A stretch of 64,000 bases of DNA from Phoronis australis (GCA_002633005.1 NMRA01000562.1:125807-189806); one strand, 5' to 3'; counted from the first letter of the stretch, positions 13,180 through 25,868 are shown. The notes: generated from the sequence alone by a model not told the origin. Translations and numbers: made by a program.

Positions 13180-14164
13180 TTTCAGAAACTAAACACTGAG
13201 ACCCAAACGCAGATTTTACTTCAGTATTTCCAAAGGCGCTGTTGTTGCTACCATTCGTGATTCGGAATCAGAAGACACGATTTCCCTTATTGCTTGAAAG
13301 TTGCTCGTGTACTTATTCTCTGTCTCTTTATTGAAAGCACCATAGAAAATATCCCTCTTTTGAATTCAAATACATCAAATTTTCAATTACCTAATTCTAA
13401 ATTGCTGCATAAATACCAATCATTATTATACATGTACTACACCAAAGTTCAGAGGTGACATAGGTTAATATAATTCGTCATATTGTGGTGATTTCCGTGA
13501 AAATATGTCAGATATTTGTAAATTTCTCCTCACCAAGTCAGAAAACGGCTAAACCGATCAGCGGCATCCTGAGGATTGAAGACGAGGCTGAAGTTCCGCA
13601 TAGCTGCAGCTTTGTATTGCCCAAAAAACAATCATCTCGATGGTAACAATATGAAAATATTCGCTCTGGAAAATCGGTGGATAACAAGTTTTATCGGTCT
13701 TTCCCGCAATATGTGAACTTCATCTCGTATTCAAGGACCTTTAGAGAATTTGAAATAAAAAATGTCCAGGCACTGATAGACAGAAAGTTATAATTACCAA
13801 AAAAAAAAATTAGACGCAGTGCTTCATATCACAGCGTTTCGATATTACTCAGTGTCATCATCAAATACAATACAATCAGCGCACAAATGCAATGACACAT
13901 GACTGTACAAATCCGTAATCTATTACTTCACATCACAGCTAGTGCATAATGTCTACCGAACATGCAAACTTTACCACGGCTCTGGAAGAAGCCAACTGTA
14001 TTATCAGGTTTTCTGTCTGTCACATGTTTCGCTGTGTTTTTCTAATCGTGAGTGACTGCGGCCAAACGCCTTTGGCGGTTGCCGCCTTGTACCATGGCGT
14101 CTGCATATTCTTGGGAGGGTTTAGCTCCGGCAGATGAGCGTAAAGCTGTTGTAAACACGTGCCG
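13180..14164 (-). pseudogene. Cystine-knot pseudogene (copy C), interrupted by an insertion at ~13360-13870
   Basis: Acceptor accttcag; RQRR furin site; ETCDRQK; DYGFVQS..I..C; resumes ENK(Y<C)TSNFQAIREIV and EVKSAFG(S<C)QCLV. Confidence 0.5.
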
Positions 14165-14483
14165 CTGAAGGTAACATATTGTTAAAATGTATGGGCTGTT
14201 TATTAGGACGTGATATAGAGACAAGGTAATTACATGGATGTGTAGACCAGCAGCAATGCTTGAATGGGTTATTATAACACTACCTTATTTAACCACTACT
14301 GTGGGCTGGTGATGCACTCAAAATTTGCCCTCATGTGAACAACAGATATGCATTACAACAATTGCGACGTGTAACAGACCACTTGCAACGCCGTGCATGG
14401 CCCTTCATTAAATTTAGAGCGTTTGAGAATTACATGTACGCAACTTGATGTCAACAGATGTTTAAATAAATGTGAACTACTGA

Positions 14484-14490
14484 TATAAAA
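14484..14490 (+). promoter_or_regulatory. TATA box upstream of signal-peptide ORF
   Basis: TATAAAA ~90 nt upstream of ATG 14577. Confidence 0.55.
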
Positions 14491-14576
14491 AACAGGCGTC
14501 ATCAATGCAATACGTACAATTACTACCATTTACGCTTCGCTTCTAGCTTCACTGTTTCTGTTAAAACTGAAGTAGC

Positions 14577-15325
14577 ATGAACAAAATATTTCTCATTGCG
14601 TTGTTCCTTTGTGTATTCGTTGCGTCAATGGCGGACGTGAGGTATCTCCCGCGAAAAGAACATGAAACGAGGAGACGCAAACTATCTGGATCACGTGCCT
14701 CCGATGACCGGGTTGGAAACTCTGGAAAAGCACTTAATGTGAACCTACGCCGTGCCAACAATCCTCGACGGAAGCCAGCAGAAGACCACGTTCACAAGGC
14801 TGACCGCGACCGTAAAGGTGCAGTAAGCAGGCTACAACTTAGCGTTCATCTGCTCAATTGTAATAAAACTAGCCTTGTGGGGATTATCATCCACTTCAAC
14901 TGAGAAGAATGCACGCAATATTCTTTATGAGACTTTATATTAATAGTAGAACGCTCCGGTAAAATTATTTGATTCCTCAAACTGAATAGGTCACACAATT
15001 GTTCACCCGTGGAGGGCCGAGTTGCATAAACTATTCTCACCTGGATCGTTACTGGGGACGACAGGGTAGAGAAACTCGATATTCGGGTCGGAGTAATGTT
15101 CCAAAATACATGTAACTTCAGCCAAAACTTGTAAATTCGATGGAAAGTAGGATGTTACATTCCGCAACAGCTAGGACAACGATTCTTGCACAATTTTAGG
15201 ATGACATAATAAAAATTTGAACAGGATAAACTTGATTTAGTGACTTAATAGTTTTTTCCGTAGATTTTAATTGATCCGTTACTACATGTATACCCTGACT
15301 GCGTGGAACGTCAAAAGTTGTTGGC
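14577..15325 (+). pseudogene. Prepro-cystine-knot gene (copy D): intact signal peptide and basic prodomain ORF (14577-14903), decayed knot
   Basis: MNKIFLIALFLCVFVASMA signal peptide; Arg/Lys-rich prodomain; downstream relics HNCSPVEG...MFQ/IHVTSAKTCKFDGK/VGCYIP/NDSCT...LIRYYMYTLTA(W) with stops and frameshifts. Confidence 0.6.
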
Positions 15326-15514
15326 ATATTACATTCAACAACTTAGAAAACAGGATGAGTTCGTCAATCGAAGTATATCATTAAAATATAACTATTTCGT
15401 GACTTTGAGCCATGTTTGTGTTGGCTTTAAATTCCGATTAATATTTGTAAAAGTGTATTTAAAAAGTGGGTGAGATTTCTGCGGAAAAATCAATGCCGGC
15501 TGTTAGATGAGCAC

Positions 15515-16100
15515 CCCTGATACATGAAGCAACTGCCAGGATGCGGTGCACCACCAACACAAAAATCAAACAAAAAATTCTCATTAGATTCATTTAAATT
15601 TGACAAAATATGGAGTTGTAATGAATTTACATTACTTGGGGTTAATTTCCACCGCACTAACTTGCGTTAAAATCCGTTCCATCAAGTTTTTAACTTAAAT
15701 GGAACGAAAAGAACACCTGTAACGGCACTGCTATCACGCACCTACACGTATGGCACAGTATACAATGATTTGGTAGTCATGGCCAATATAATCTCACTGG
15801 AAATATTCTACTTTTCCTATATTAGAAATTTTATTGTTGGATAAAATATTTTGTGTTGCCGCCGGACCGTTCAAACGATTACGAATCGAGAAATTGGTCG
15901 CCTATTGCGTGCTTCTGTTACTCGCCATGCTAGGTAGCGCCGTTGCACTCCAACTGGACACTAGACCAGGTTCATTTCGTACTGGACACCAAACTCTTGC
16001 GAAGTCCTTGTTGGTATAGATCATTAGGAAATATATCCCATAATTCACTCAAGCCTTGATGGCGTACCAATCTCTTCAGTGGTCTCCATTTTACAAGTGC
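15515..16100 (-). pseudogene. Cystine-knot pseudo-exon (copy E, CxxCxxCxC subtype)
   Basis: QLECNG..DQFLD..HCILCHTCRC..VVHRI/PGSC/SCIR; shares the 15-mer aatcgagaaattggt (15884-15898) with copy P (52572-52586). Confidence 0.45.
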
Positions 16101-17167
16101 ACGAGAGAATATCCTCGCGAAACACTCACTTTGAACTCGCGTGATTTAAGTGATGTTGCTTTTTTGCGAGAATCTTGCGTCTACGGAATACGCCCAGGTT
16201 CCGTGCTCTGAGTTTTTCCTTATCCTTATATTTACTCTTAAAGTCCCCGTAAAATAGCCGAATTATTGACTTTTGAACACGTTAAATGCATGTATTATTG
16301 GTCAAGACAAGCGCGTCACCTCTTCGTATACTCCTGACATTAGTTAATTACGCTAGACTATCAAAGGACACCACCAGGAACCCCATTTAATGCCGAAAAT
16401 CTGAGGTGGCGTTCGTATTAATGGACGCAAATGACGTCGTCTTTGTAACACAAGACGTGCTGTCCTTAGGCACAGCAAAACTTACCGTACAGCGACGGGT
16501 GCAGATTTCAAATCGCAGAATTTCAAAATTACGTCTAGTGGAGAAGTTTTTGCTTACCTTAAGCTTAGGCTAAGATAAATTTCAAGATTTCGGTAACTCT
16601 TAACTTTATACTTAGGTCGTTTCTGGTATTGTTACCTAGAATAGAGTTTTTGTATTCGCGCACAATTCAACTTCAGGCGCAGCAGCTCCTGACTAAAGTT
16701 AAACAAAATAGATTGCTCACTTTTAATTTTGTCATAGAGTCATAAAATAATTAAATTGTGTATAATTACTAAAATTAGTATATTATAAATACAATGTTCT
16801 GTTTATTTTTAAATAAGTTTTCATGGGGAAGCAGCTTTATTTTACTTGCAAAATCAAAACAATTGGAGTCTATGTGTTAAGTTTGTCTCTCTTTGTAAAG
16901 TAAGATGCTACTTTGTGTGGTAGAATTGACTATGTCATTTTAAACACCGGTTTGAATGCTTGTGAAAGTTTGCAAATTTGATGGGCTTCATGGTAGACTT
17001 TTGCGTTACCTCATCCAAAGTTGAAGACATCTAATGTTTCACTATTCACGTATTTTACTAGAGTCTTGCACTTTTAAACATCTTCAACATCTTTTCTTTA
17101 CAGGACCAGCCGTTGCCTCCGTCAGTGGGACTTTATACTGAAAACTCCGCCATTTAAAGAACCGTAC

Positions 17168-17458
17168 CTGTGGAAGTTGAAGGTTTCATGATCTTTGAAA
17201 TGATACCACAGACAGAAGTAAGATAACGTCGCAAGATAGCTGAAGAAAGAAGAAATGCAACACATAGGACCGATTTTTCCCTTCATTCGTTACACTGCTT
17301 AAAGGTGTTTTCTCAAGACTATGGGTCCTTGGAAATACTGAGAACCAGTCCGCCAGACGTCGTTGTGCGGTAGTTAGAGCGTCCTCCGTCTCTGTTGTCT
17401 TCAATTTACATGTACTATAGGTAGTATTCAACAGCAGACCTCTGTTTTCCTGTTCCAT
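17168..17458 (-). pseudogene. Candidate first exon of copy E with hydrophobic signal-anchor segment
   Basis: ATG 17458; frameshifted KSVLCVAFLLSSAIL/ATLSYFCLWY hydrophobic stretch; donor cag|gtacgg at 17167. Confidence 0.35.
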
Positions 17459-17695
17459 TTCACAACCACGCTAAAAATCACGTCCGAACATTTTTGGGTG
17501 TGTAACATTTGACGCATTCGGAGCATTTAAACTTTAGACTCTGTCCGCCTTAATGTATTAGTCGATATAGCACCTGTAGCGAATGCATCGTTTACTTTCG
17601 AGGACTCGTACGTCTGCCGTCGTTTTGCCCTTTATTTAATCGATAAGTACACTATCCGAAGTATTAATTTCCAAAGCCCGATCTTTCCTTCAAAC

Positions 17696-17852
17696 CAGCG
17701 TTCGAAAGACACGCTGGCACGGTGGCCCGGGGCCAGTGGATTTGCAGCAGGGCCAGTAAACTATCCCATATAGGCTCTATGTGGATGTGGTCTCATATCC
17801 AAGTAACTGGCCCGGCTAGCCAGCACATTCATTTCCTGAAGCTCAAACACTG
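17696..17852. mobile_element. hAT-like MITE
   Basis: CAG...CTG termini (cagcgttcga / tcaaacactg); imperfect 8-bp flanks cttcaaac/ctttacac; internal ggccag/ctggcc motifs. Confidence 0.6.
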
Positions 17853-17929
17853 CTTTACACTTCAGGATTGATTAAACCGGACACGAACGAGGCACTCGCT
17901 AGATGAGCACTATGCAGTTCACAATGCCT

Positions 17930-18085
17930 GCCTCATGTTCAGTAACGCTGGGACCTCGCTTAAAAAGCTGGACATCGCTAGATTACGTGATATATTGCTG
18001 TGTATTTTAAAGGAGAACATTGTGGCTTTGGCTAGATTTTAGCTAAGTGGTCCCAGCGTAGGTCCTAGCGTTACTGATTATCCGC
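17930..18085. mobile_element. ~140-bp MITE family, copy 1 (others at 24106-24242 and 25124-25272)
   Basis: gttcagtaacgct(a/g)ggacc ... ggtcctagcgttact inverted ends; shared core agattac...tattg..gtg.attt. Confidence 0.8.
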
Positions 18086-18840
18086 TGAGATCCGTCAGAA
18101 TTGATTGCATTAGATGCAAACTATGCACTCGTTAAGGGCGCTAAGTCGACAGCACTGAGACCAGTCGTCGAGGGCGAAACCTGAAAAGTAGAGTTGACTT
18201 ATCACTCTATAATTACCGCACGTAATCAGCCAGGAACAAAATCACTCCTGGATCTGGCTAATCACCTTTGCATCCATTACACCATCAAGAAATAAATTCT
18301 CAGTTGAAGTAACATATTTGTAAAATATAAGAACATGAAAATTAAACAAGTTATATGCACATTCTCTGTTGTTTTTTCCTTAGTTAAGTTTTGCTCGTGT
18401 AAACAACACACATCATGCCTACCGCATCTGCCAAAGAGTACCGAAACAACATTCACTACATACTAACCATCACTGTAGGGAAAAGTTCTAATTATAGGTG
18501 GATTTTTCGTTTAAAGACCCTTCTTAACTGATTTTCATACTGGTAAAATCTGGCAATATCTCTCAACGCAGTGCTGCTTACCAGCAATCCTCGCAGGCAA
18601 GCTAAACCTTACTGCAGTTTTCAAGTCACGGTGCGTTTGGCCGGATAGTTTACAAAAGTTACGCACCAACTTTCCTCCATGGACCCTTAACCCCTTTACT
18701 GTCGATAACGACTGTGAGTAGGCCTCTCATGGGGAGGGGTTCGTTTGCAATGCCATACAGAGCCTAGGCCTAGAGCGAATGCATCATTTACATCCGACGC
18801 ATTCACAGTCTAGACATATGGCTCTCCCTTGCCCCCTTAA

Positions 18841-19640
18841 AGGCGAAGGCAACCTTTTTTCATGTCACTTTTAGCAAAAATAATGTCTAATGATTATCCC
18901 AGACATGTTTTCACCTAATTACAGCTTTTCTTAATTTAATCAATTTCTCGTCCTCTACTGCGGAAGTGACGTTTTGGGAGGCAAGAATTCCGCGCCAATT
19001 TCTTTTCATACAGTCAGACTGTGAGAGCTGTCAAGTCAGTCATTGTTCTACCTCGGATGTGATAAGTTCGGTCGTCGTTTGTTTTTGTTTACGAGTCAGT
19101 CAACATGCCACGCTGTTGCTGCGTACCAGGATGTACTCATTATCGTCTCACACGCGCTTTGGGTACCTTGCATCGCTTTCCAAAGGATGGCACATTTCGC
19201 CGTACTTGGCTAGCTCGTTTGTGTGAAGAACGCAGCGCTACCCCTTCACGCAACGTACAAAGCAGTGGCAAGCATTTTTCCGCCGTCAGATTGCGACAGA
19301 GATATGTACTGTACGCTGAATTGATGAAGGTCCCTGCGAAACAACGCCTGAAGAAGGGTTCCATGCCGTCGCTGCTGATTCCCGGCAGTGCCCCGTCGCC
19401 ACCCCCGAGAAGTGCGTTTTTGAAGCGAGAAGCCTCGCGAGCTGTGGCCACTATAAACAGTGACTGGAGGCACTTCATCTACTGTCACCCATGCCTCCGA
19501 ACGTACCCCAAAGCGCGCAATTCCAGGAACTAACAGTGATTCCCCGTGTGCTGTTGTCTCTAGTCCAGAGACTGTAAGCAGCCCTGCAGCAATGTTGAGT
19601 AGTGGGAGTGAATACAGGCCCAGTCTGAAACCCAGTGAAA
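18841..19640 (+). mobile_element. Truncated Kolobok-like element with THAP-domain ORF (19105-19533)
   Basis: TTAA then AGG terminus at 18837-18843; MPRCCCVPGC...LHRFPKD...W...(S)GKHF...RLKKGSMPSL THAP signature with the third Cys lost; no right TIR found. Confidence 0.75.
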
Positions 19641-20404
19641 AGTATACTCAAATTTAATTCAAATCAAACGACAATGTTTTGTTATGGATGAATACAGTAT
19701 ATCAACACTGATAATTAAGATATTTACAAGAAATTGAGACCTAATATCGAGCGTGCATGTGCTTTTTACCGACTGCTCTCAGCGTTCCTCGACTCTCCTT
19801 CACTGGTATCGTAATATCTGCGATATATTCCTTATCTCAAGTTCTGCGAATCACCACAGTGTCCACCGTTAGTTTCCAGTGCTGTGAACACTGAGCACGG
19901 GTTAAATTTCTATTACTATTTCAATTCCAGAAGCTAAAAATAGACCAAAAAATCCGACAAGATATCCGACAACTGCTTAGCCGTTTCAGCTTTCATATTC
20001 CCTGATGGATTGCGACGAACTTTTAATTTTATTGATTGTTCGACCTTTTTTAAAAGAAATATACAAGTTAAAACTTGTATATTTCACAAACCGATAATTC
20101 TTATAAATTCATTGAAATAAAACGTTACTAGGTATTCAACACTGTCACAGATAATCTTGTAGGCACGCAAATATGCTTGGCAAATGTATGATGTCATATA
20201 ATAGGAAATCGAAGCACAGTTGGCAACAGATGTCGCCGTGATGCAAAGTTTATGTATTTGGTACAAACATGTAATCCTACACACATATAGGAATACTATT
20301 GCGATATCCTATCTCGAATTCATTTTATCTAAGAATGTCCCAACGAGACAGAAGGTCGAGTTGGGGTATTCCCAGGTGAAATGAATTCTCGATAGGACAT
20401 GGCA

Positions 20405-20710
20405 GTAGTTTTCCAATATAAGTGGGATAACCTATATGTATCCCTGTATAAGTGGGACAACCCATATGTATTCCTATATATGTGGGATAACCTATATGTA
20501 TTCCTACATATGCCGGATAACCCATATGCATTCCTACATATGTGGGATAACCTATATGCATTTCTATGTGTGTGTGATAACCTATATGTATTCCTACATG
20601 TATATATGTGGGGTAACCTATATGTATTCCTGTATATGTGGGGTAAACCTATATGTATTCCTGTATATGTGGGGTAAACCTATATGTAATACTATATATG
20701 TGGGATAACT
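20405..20710. repeat. 30-bp-unit minisatellite (ggataacctatatgtattcctacatatgtg)
   Basis: About 10 contiguous imperfect units with no unique spacers. Confidence 0.92.
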
Positions 20711-20859
20711 CATATTTACATCGATCTGCAATCATGCAACTGCTCATTTGCTCAAACACTTTTGGGTGACGGGGTGACATTTTTTCAAAAAAATTAAATA
20801 AAAATATAAATAATTTCTCACTCTCGGTTAAAGAACGTCCAGACAATAAAATGTTTTAA

Positions 20860-21817
20860 AGTGTACACAACATGACTCTAGTACCTCAAAACAAATTTTA
20901 TTATTATATCTTACTTGATTTCAGTGCCTTTAGTGCACAGCTCATAAAGAAACACGCAAAAATTAACAAAAATAATAATTATGTACAACGTCATGGGTTG
21001 AACCCAAGTCGTTTGACATACTGTTCGGATCAGAGACAACGTGTATAGAGTGAAGTGAAAGTAAAGTACATTTAGCGTCGAGAAGGTTCGTAGAGGGATC
21101 AAAAGATGTGTTTCCGGAGGCTGCAGCAACAGCAGCCAGGCGGAGAACGTCTCGGTGTTCCGAAGGACACCAAAGTTGCGCAGAAGTGGCATCGCTTCGT
21201 GCGCCGAACGAGAGTGTGGGACCTCATCGTGGACCAAACGATTCGGTCCGGGGCCACTCTGTGTTCTACTTGGAGGACTCGTGTTTCGACTACAGGCACA
21301 GGAGATGTTACGACGAAGGCCTGTTCAATAAAGGACAATATTTATCATTCAGAAACATCGGCTCTTAATTCAGGATCGTCTGTTGGATGACTGGGTTGAC
21401 TCGCCGAGCCCGAGGTCGCTTCTCTCGCGGGAGGATCCAGTACGTAAGGTTCAAAGTAGAAAAGTACGCAGCCGGAAGCACATCAAACTTGTTCTCGCTT
21501 TCGTGCAACCCCATTTCCTCATCCTGGCCACCATTCCCGTACGTTTCTTCATAGTATTCATTCAATTCTTGCTCATAATCGTCGTCGCTTTCAAATTCAC
21601 TGCTCTGCGCCATTGTTCAATGCTAGTCACTGATCTCTTGTGTTCAACCCATGACGTCACATGGCGGGAAATGTGAAAATTTGCAAAACTGAAAGAAAAA
21701 TCAAAATTTCGAGATAATTACACAAAATAAACAAGGGTTTAGCTAAATTTTACGTCATGCATTTAGTCTGTGGCCACCGGTAATTCAAAATGTGCAAAAA
21801 TCCATGGTGTGTACTGT
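20860..21817 (+). mobile_element. Internally deleted Kolobok: THAP 5' relic (+) convergent with KolX-like 5' relic (-)
   Basis: TTAA both sides (20856-59, 21818-21); TIR agtgtacacaacatg vs rc acagtacacaccatg; plus strand KRCVSGGCSN..PKDTKVAQKWHRFVRRTR..TLCS; minus strand acidic MAQSSEFESDDD.. then FYFEPY..RADVSE*. Confidence 0.85.
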
Positions 21818-21945
21818 TTAACGTTCTTCCTTGCACCCACCAACAGAGGCATTTTATCGACACATGTCAATGCTACATTCACTACTGACTATTGACGTAC
21901 CTCGGTAAAGTTTCGCCTCGCGGTTGAACCGATATATATCGTCAT

Positions 21946-22100
21946 CTGGGCCCAGTTGCATAAAAGTTATTCGCCGTATAACAACAATGACGTCGCATTA
22001 TCACGCGTCACGTTGTTATTGCTGAACAATGCACCTGACGTCATGCAACAATCAAACTTATCCAGCGGCTAATTTTGAGGCTTTATTCAGCTCAGCCCAG
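21946..22100. mobile_element. MITE with imperfect TIRs
   Basis: ctgggcccagttgcataaa / tttattcagctcagcccag. Confidence 0.6.
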
Positions 22101-22788
22101 ATGTCTGCGCTGACTTCGCTCTGAAGGCGGGACTAATCACGTGCTCTGCTAATAAGCCGAAAATCATAGGAAGCTTACGATTAATAATACTGAAATGGCT
22201 CTAGTCTGTTTTAGGAATTTCATTCGAGTTATCAGGGAAGAGGTAAAAATACGTCGCGGCTGCAGATGGCTACGTCCCTGACAGTCATTTCGCAGGAGTA
22301 CAGAATGTCGTAAGCAATATTCAAGATAATCGCTGAAAAAATAAGAATGGTGTAGCTAAACACAATCCAAGAACGGAGCCCTTTAGAATACCAAAATTAT
22401 CTTTGGCTGGTATGAAATTTTCAGCACATAGCTAGTCTTAACCACGACGTTTGGTGTCTTTGCATCATTATTTTCGTTCAACGACTTTACCCGTGGCCTA
22501 TGTGTACGTACGATCTCTCTTAATGTGCACATTTCTGAAAGCTCGCTTGCTGAGTTAGCCTAATATTGGATAAAATAAACAAACGTCATCGAGCGAAAGT
22601 ATTGTCCTGTAGAATCTATATTGACAAAATGTACCACTAAAATAACAATCAGCATCGAATTCTACGCTAGCGTACAGCATTCAAAAAGCGCGACTTTAAA
22701 TGGCTCTTTGTCTGTACATCTTCGAGTATTAGTTAAATACCGTAAAGCAAATATCAAAAATATATTGTTAAACGTGTCTTTGAATTAG

Positions 22789-23435
22789 ATGCTTTACTAC
22801 TTAGACAAGGACAACTATAAAGGTGTTGCTGAGGTGGCGGTTCGCAGCTGGGAGGCGAGTAGACTCTATAACAGCTGTATCAAGGCGTTGGAAGGTAAGT
22901 TATGTGATACGATGACCGTACGACAACACTTTACGAACAAGAAGGTTGTTTCAAGTATTCTGGTTACAAAGCTATTATATTGCAGGTAAAGGCACTTTTT
23001 CTTCAAAAGCCCGTTTGTTATCAAAGGTGACAGGTCCAATCGTTGTTACGGTCATACGGGCACGTTTGCGAAGGCAACGGTGCATTTCTTGTCAGATGGA
23101 AACATTGTTACTGACGTAAACATAGTTTACTAGCCCGGCCGTAAACGTGGTCGTTGCGGTTTTAAGACAATCCGCGTCTTCATTTGCACCGTGAATAATC
23201 GATTTTGCCAGTGATACTACAAGACTTACATGTACGTTCCATGACGGTATGGGCCCCGGTTGTACCTAGTCGAAACCATCCTTCAAGTAACGATTCCATA
23301 AACTAATTATAAGCTAAAGTTGTTTGGGAGACGTGTTACCTGTCTTGCATACCTTGAGCCGCCGACACGTTAATAAACCTCCAACAACAACATTGTGTTA
23401 TCACATACATGTAGACGAGTCATATACTAGTCAGC
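22789..23435 (+). pseudogene. Neurotrophin-like cystine-knot pseudogene (copy F); exons 22789-22894 and 22986-23435
   Basis: Phase-consistent 91-nt intron gtaagt...ttgcag; one frame reads RARLRR QRCISCQMET..SPAVNVVVAVL..TRLTCTFHDGMGPGCT*...*SCLGD...YHIHVDES(Y)T(S), CxC mutated; in-frame stops. Confidence 0.7.
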
Positions 23436-23554
23436 CACATTCTGTAAGACGGCATGCGTTTACGTGCATACAATCTAGATAGGATGCATGTGCATAAAGC
23501 CGGCCGCGATAGCCACATCAAAATCACGTGAAGCGAAGCACCAAGGGATTCTGA

Positions 23555-23890
23555 AACTCCGTGCTTGTTCAAATGTGCTTATTCAACGCACACATTTGCT
23601 TAATCATCGCGAGTATTTGATTATTCAACGCGCACTGTTGCTTAATCAACGCGTAATATTGCTTACCGTCATGGCGCTGAATTTGTTATTCGTTATGTCC
23701 AATCTAAGACGAGTTTTCCGTCAGTATACAAAGTTAACGGTGTCATCATTTGCGTATTTCAACAAGTCTTCCGACGTTTTTAGATTCTTTGAAACCGTGG
23801 GCGTGATCGGACTTCATGGAGTGATTACACGTAAGCGTCCAAAGAGATATAGCACACGTTGAATAAGCACAGAACGATTTGAATAACCGA
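23555..23890. mobile_element. Foldback-type MITE with repeated subterminal motifs
   Basis: ttcaaatgtgcttattcaacgc repeats at left; cgttgaataagcaca...tttgaa inverted at right. Confidence 0.6.
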
Positions 23891-23904
23891 TACTAGGCTT
23901 TGAG

Positions 23905-24502
23905 TTAGCACATTCACAATTCAACACTCTCGATGAACAACACTTTGGGCCTTCATAAAATCCCGAGGTATACGTGTATGCGTCGTGGTCAGAGTGATTA
24001 TGAAAGGGTGAAAATTCCAATCCTTTCTTCTATCGTGAGAACGCTTTCATATTCTGTTGCTAATGGTCTGTTCATCTGCTCTTTTACCTTTGAGATCGAA
24101 ACCAACCTCCCGTTCAGTAACGCTAGGACCTCGCTAAAAAGCAAGACTTCGCGAGATTACGAGAGATATTGCAGTGCATTTCAAATGAGAACACGTGACT
24201 TTGGGTAGATTTTAACTAGGTCCTACGTTACTTAACGCATGCCAGCTTTTTGTTTAATCCGATTTGCCACAATACTAAATACGGGCCCGGAAACTGTACC
24301 GATCCCCGTCTATACCACTAGACTCCGAAAATTCATACCGTCTGTTGCCGTCCAGGCTACGAAAATGGAATTACGCCTTTTTATCAGAAAATCGGTCTCA
24401 TGGTAACCATTGTCGTGGTTGGATTCTTTTTCCGTGACCAAAAACAACGAACTACCGGGCGACTCTAGAAAACGTCTCAAAGCTTCTTTGGGGTCGACCA
24501 AC
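23905..24502 (-). pseudogene. Cystine-knot pseudo-exon (copy G) split by a MITE
   Basis: Acceptor atgttag; IKRR NSIFVA(W<C)TATDG..*TGIGTVSGPVFSIVANRIKQ [MITE] ..EYESV..KVLFIE/VLNCECANSK with intact terminal CxC. Confidence 0.65.
24106..24242. mobile_element. ~140-bp MITE family, copy 2
   Basis: Homologous to 17930-18085. Confidence 0.8.
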
Positions 24503-25123
24503 CTAACATTACGAATTCGAAAATAGTACGTGCAGATATTGCTTGTGTCTTGATTTGTCGACTCAGTCGGCAGCAATTGAAGACCGGATGAGCGCGGTGA
24601 CGTTTTTAAACCTCATGAGCGCTTCAATTAGAATTCAACCCTGACAGCGGCGAATGCAGCTTTAATGAAAGCAGCTAAACACCAGGGATCCACCAAAGAA
24701 ACCTTTTAAACTAGATCATTTTAAAAAATAAAAACGGATACCAACTTGTTCCTGTACTCCACGAGAAGTGACTTCTGAACTGACAGATCGCCATTGATTG
24801 AAACCATGCTCGATGCATAAGATGACCCGTCATGACAACTTGGCCCATAGCCTACTTCTAGAGCCTGCAGGGCTCAAGCAACGAACTCTTTTTCCATAAC
24901 CCAGAAATTATCTCCAATTTGTCCACGATACAACTTTCGTAACGGTAACTGATCTAAATTTAACATTAGCTTTTGTGTCGGAGAGCGGGTTCACGTTTGC
25001 TTTGATGAACTCCCGCAGGAGGGCGGCCGGGTTCAAAGTTGCTCAGATGAACTCCCGCAGCTTCTCATTACTAGAAAATACAGTGCCATCGAAACATATA
25101 TTTCGATATATCCTAAATAACCG

Positions 25124-25272
25124 TCTCCCGTTCATTACTGAATGCTAGGGCCTTGTTAAAGAAGACTTCGCGAGATTACATGAAATAGTGCCGTGTATTT
25201 TAAATGCGAACACGTGACTTAGGATAGATACTAGCTAGGTCCTAGCATAGGTCCATTAGCGTTACGTAACGT
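25124..25272. mobile_element. ~140-bp MITE family, copy 3
   Basis: Homologous to 17930-18085 and 24106-24242. Confidence 0.75.
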
Positions 25273-25640
25273 ACGTTCGGTTTCTTGATACTCGGTGTGG
25301 CCTTTTCAGTACTGTACCAACCGCTCACAGGCCGTTTTCAAAAAAAACCCTGTTATAGCACTGAACTGAATCTCGTGAGGTAACCGTAAATGTCAACGCG
25401 TACACAGACATGTATTAAATTTGACACATTTTCCGTCGTGTTACTCGGTCGGCGGTGCGTTATGTATAAACTAATCAGGTCGTGGAGATGAATATATAAC
25501 ATGTCGAAGCGCTTTTGAATATCCGATGTCTAGATAAGCGATTTCGTATGAAAAAAATACAATTAAATCACTTCAGAGATCTCTTGTTGAGCGACTATAA
25601 GGAAAGGGCTAAGAACTAGTTTTCATGATTGATGTAACTT

Positions 25641-25868
25641 CCCGTGGGGTCACTCATATTGCCGTGTACCAAAAATTGCTGAGAGACCCTCTATTGCGGG
25701 TGTCAACCCATTTTTCAGGGTAGATTTTTCTGCCCACCCCTTTTGCTTGAACGAAATAGAAATTTAGGGTCTACTGGACCCCTTGGTGAAAAAGTACCGT
25801 CTACCCGCATTTTTGGTACACGCCTGCCAGAACTCTAGTATCAATATGAGTGATGAGTGACCCCCGGG
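25641..25868. mobile_element. MITE with CCC...GGG termini (EnSpm-like)
   Basis: cccgtggggtcactca / tgagtgacccccggg TIRs. Confidence 0.7.

Noticed and set aside
16242-17132. Another Kolobok-like element (ttaaagtccc ... gggactttat)
   Set aside because: Only a ~7-bp inverted match and an imperfect TSD.
18730-19900. Possible extra knot copy split by the THAP element (GEGFVCNAIQS ... FTDCSQRS)
   Set aside because: Too few cysteines align and there is no convincing CxC, so it is not counted.
20405-20710. CRISPR-like periodic array and repetitive ORFs
   Set aside because: Contiguous 30-bp units without unique spacers, no cas genes and a eukaryotic context indicate a minisatellite. The ORFs are by-products.
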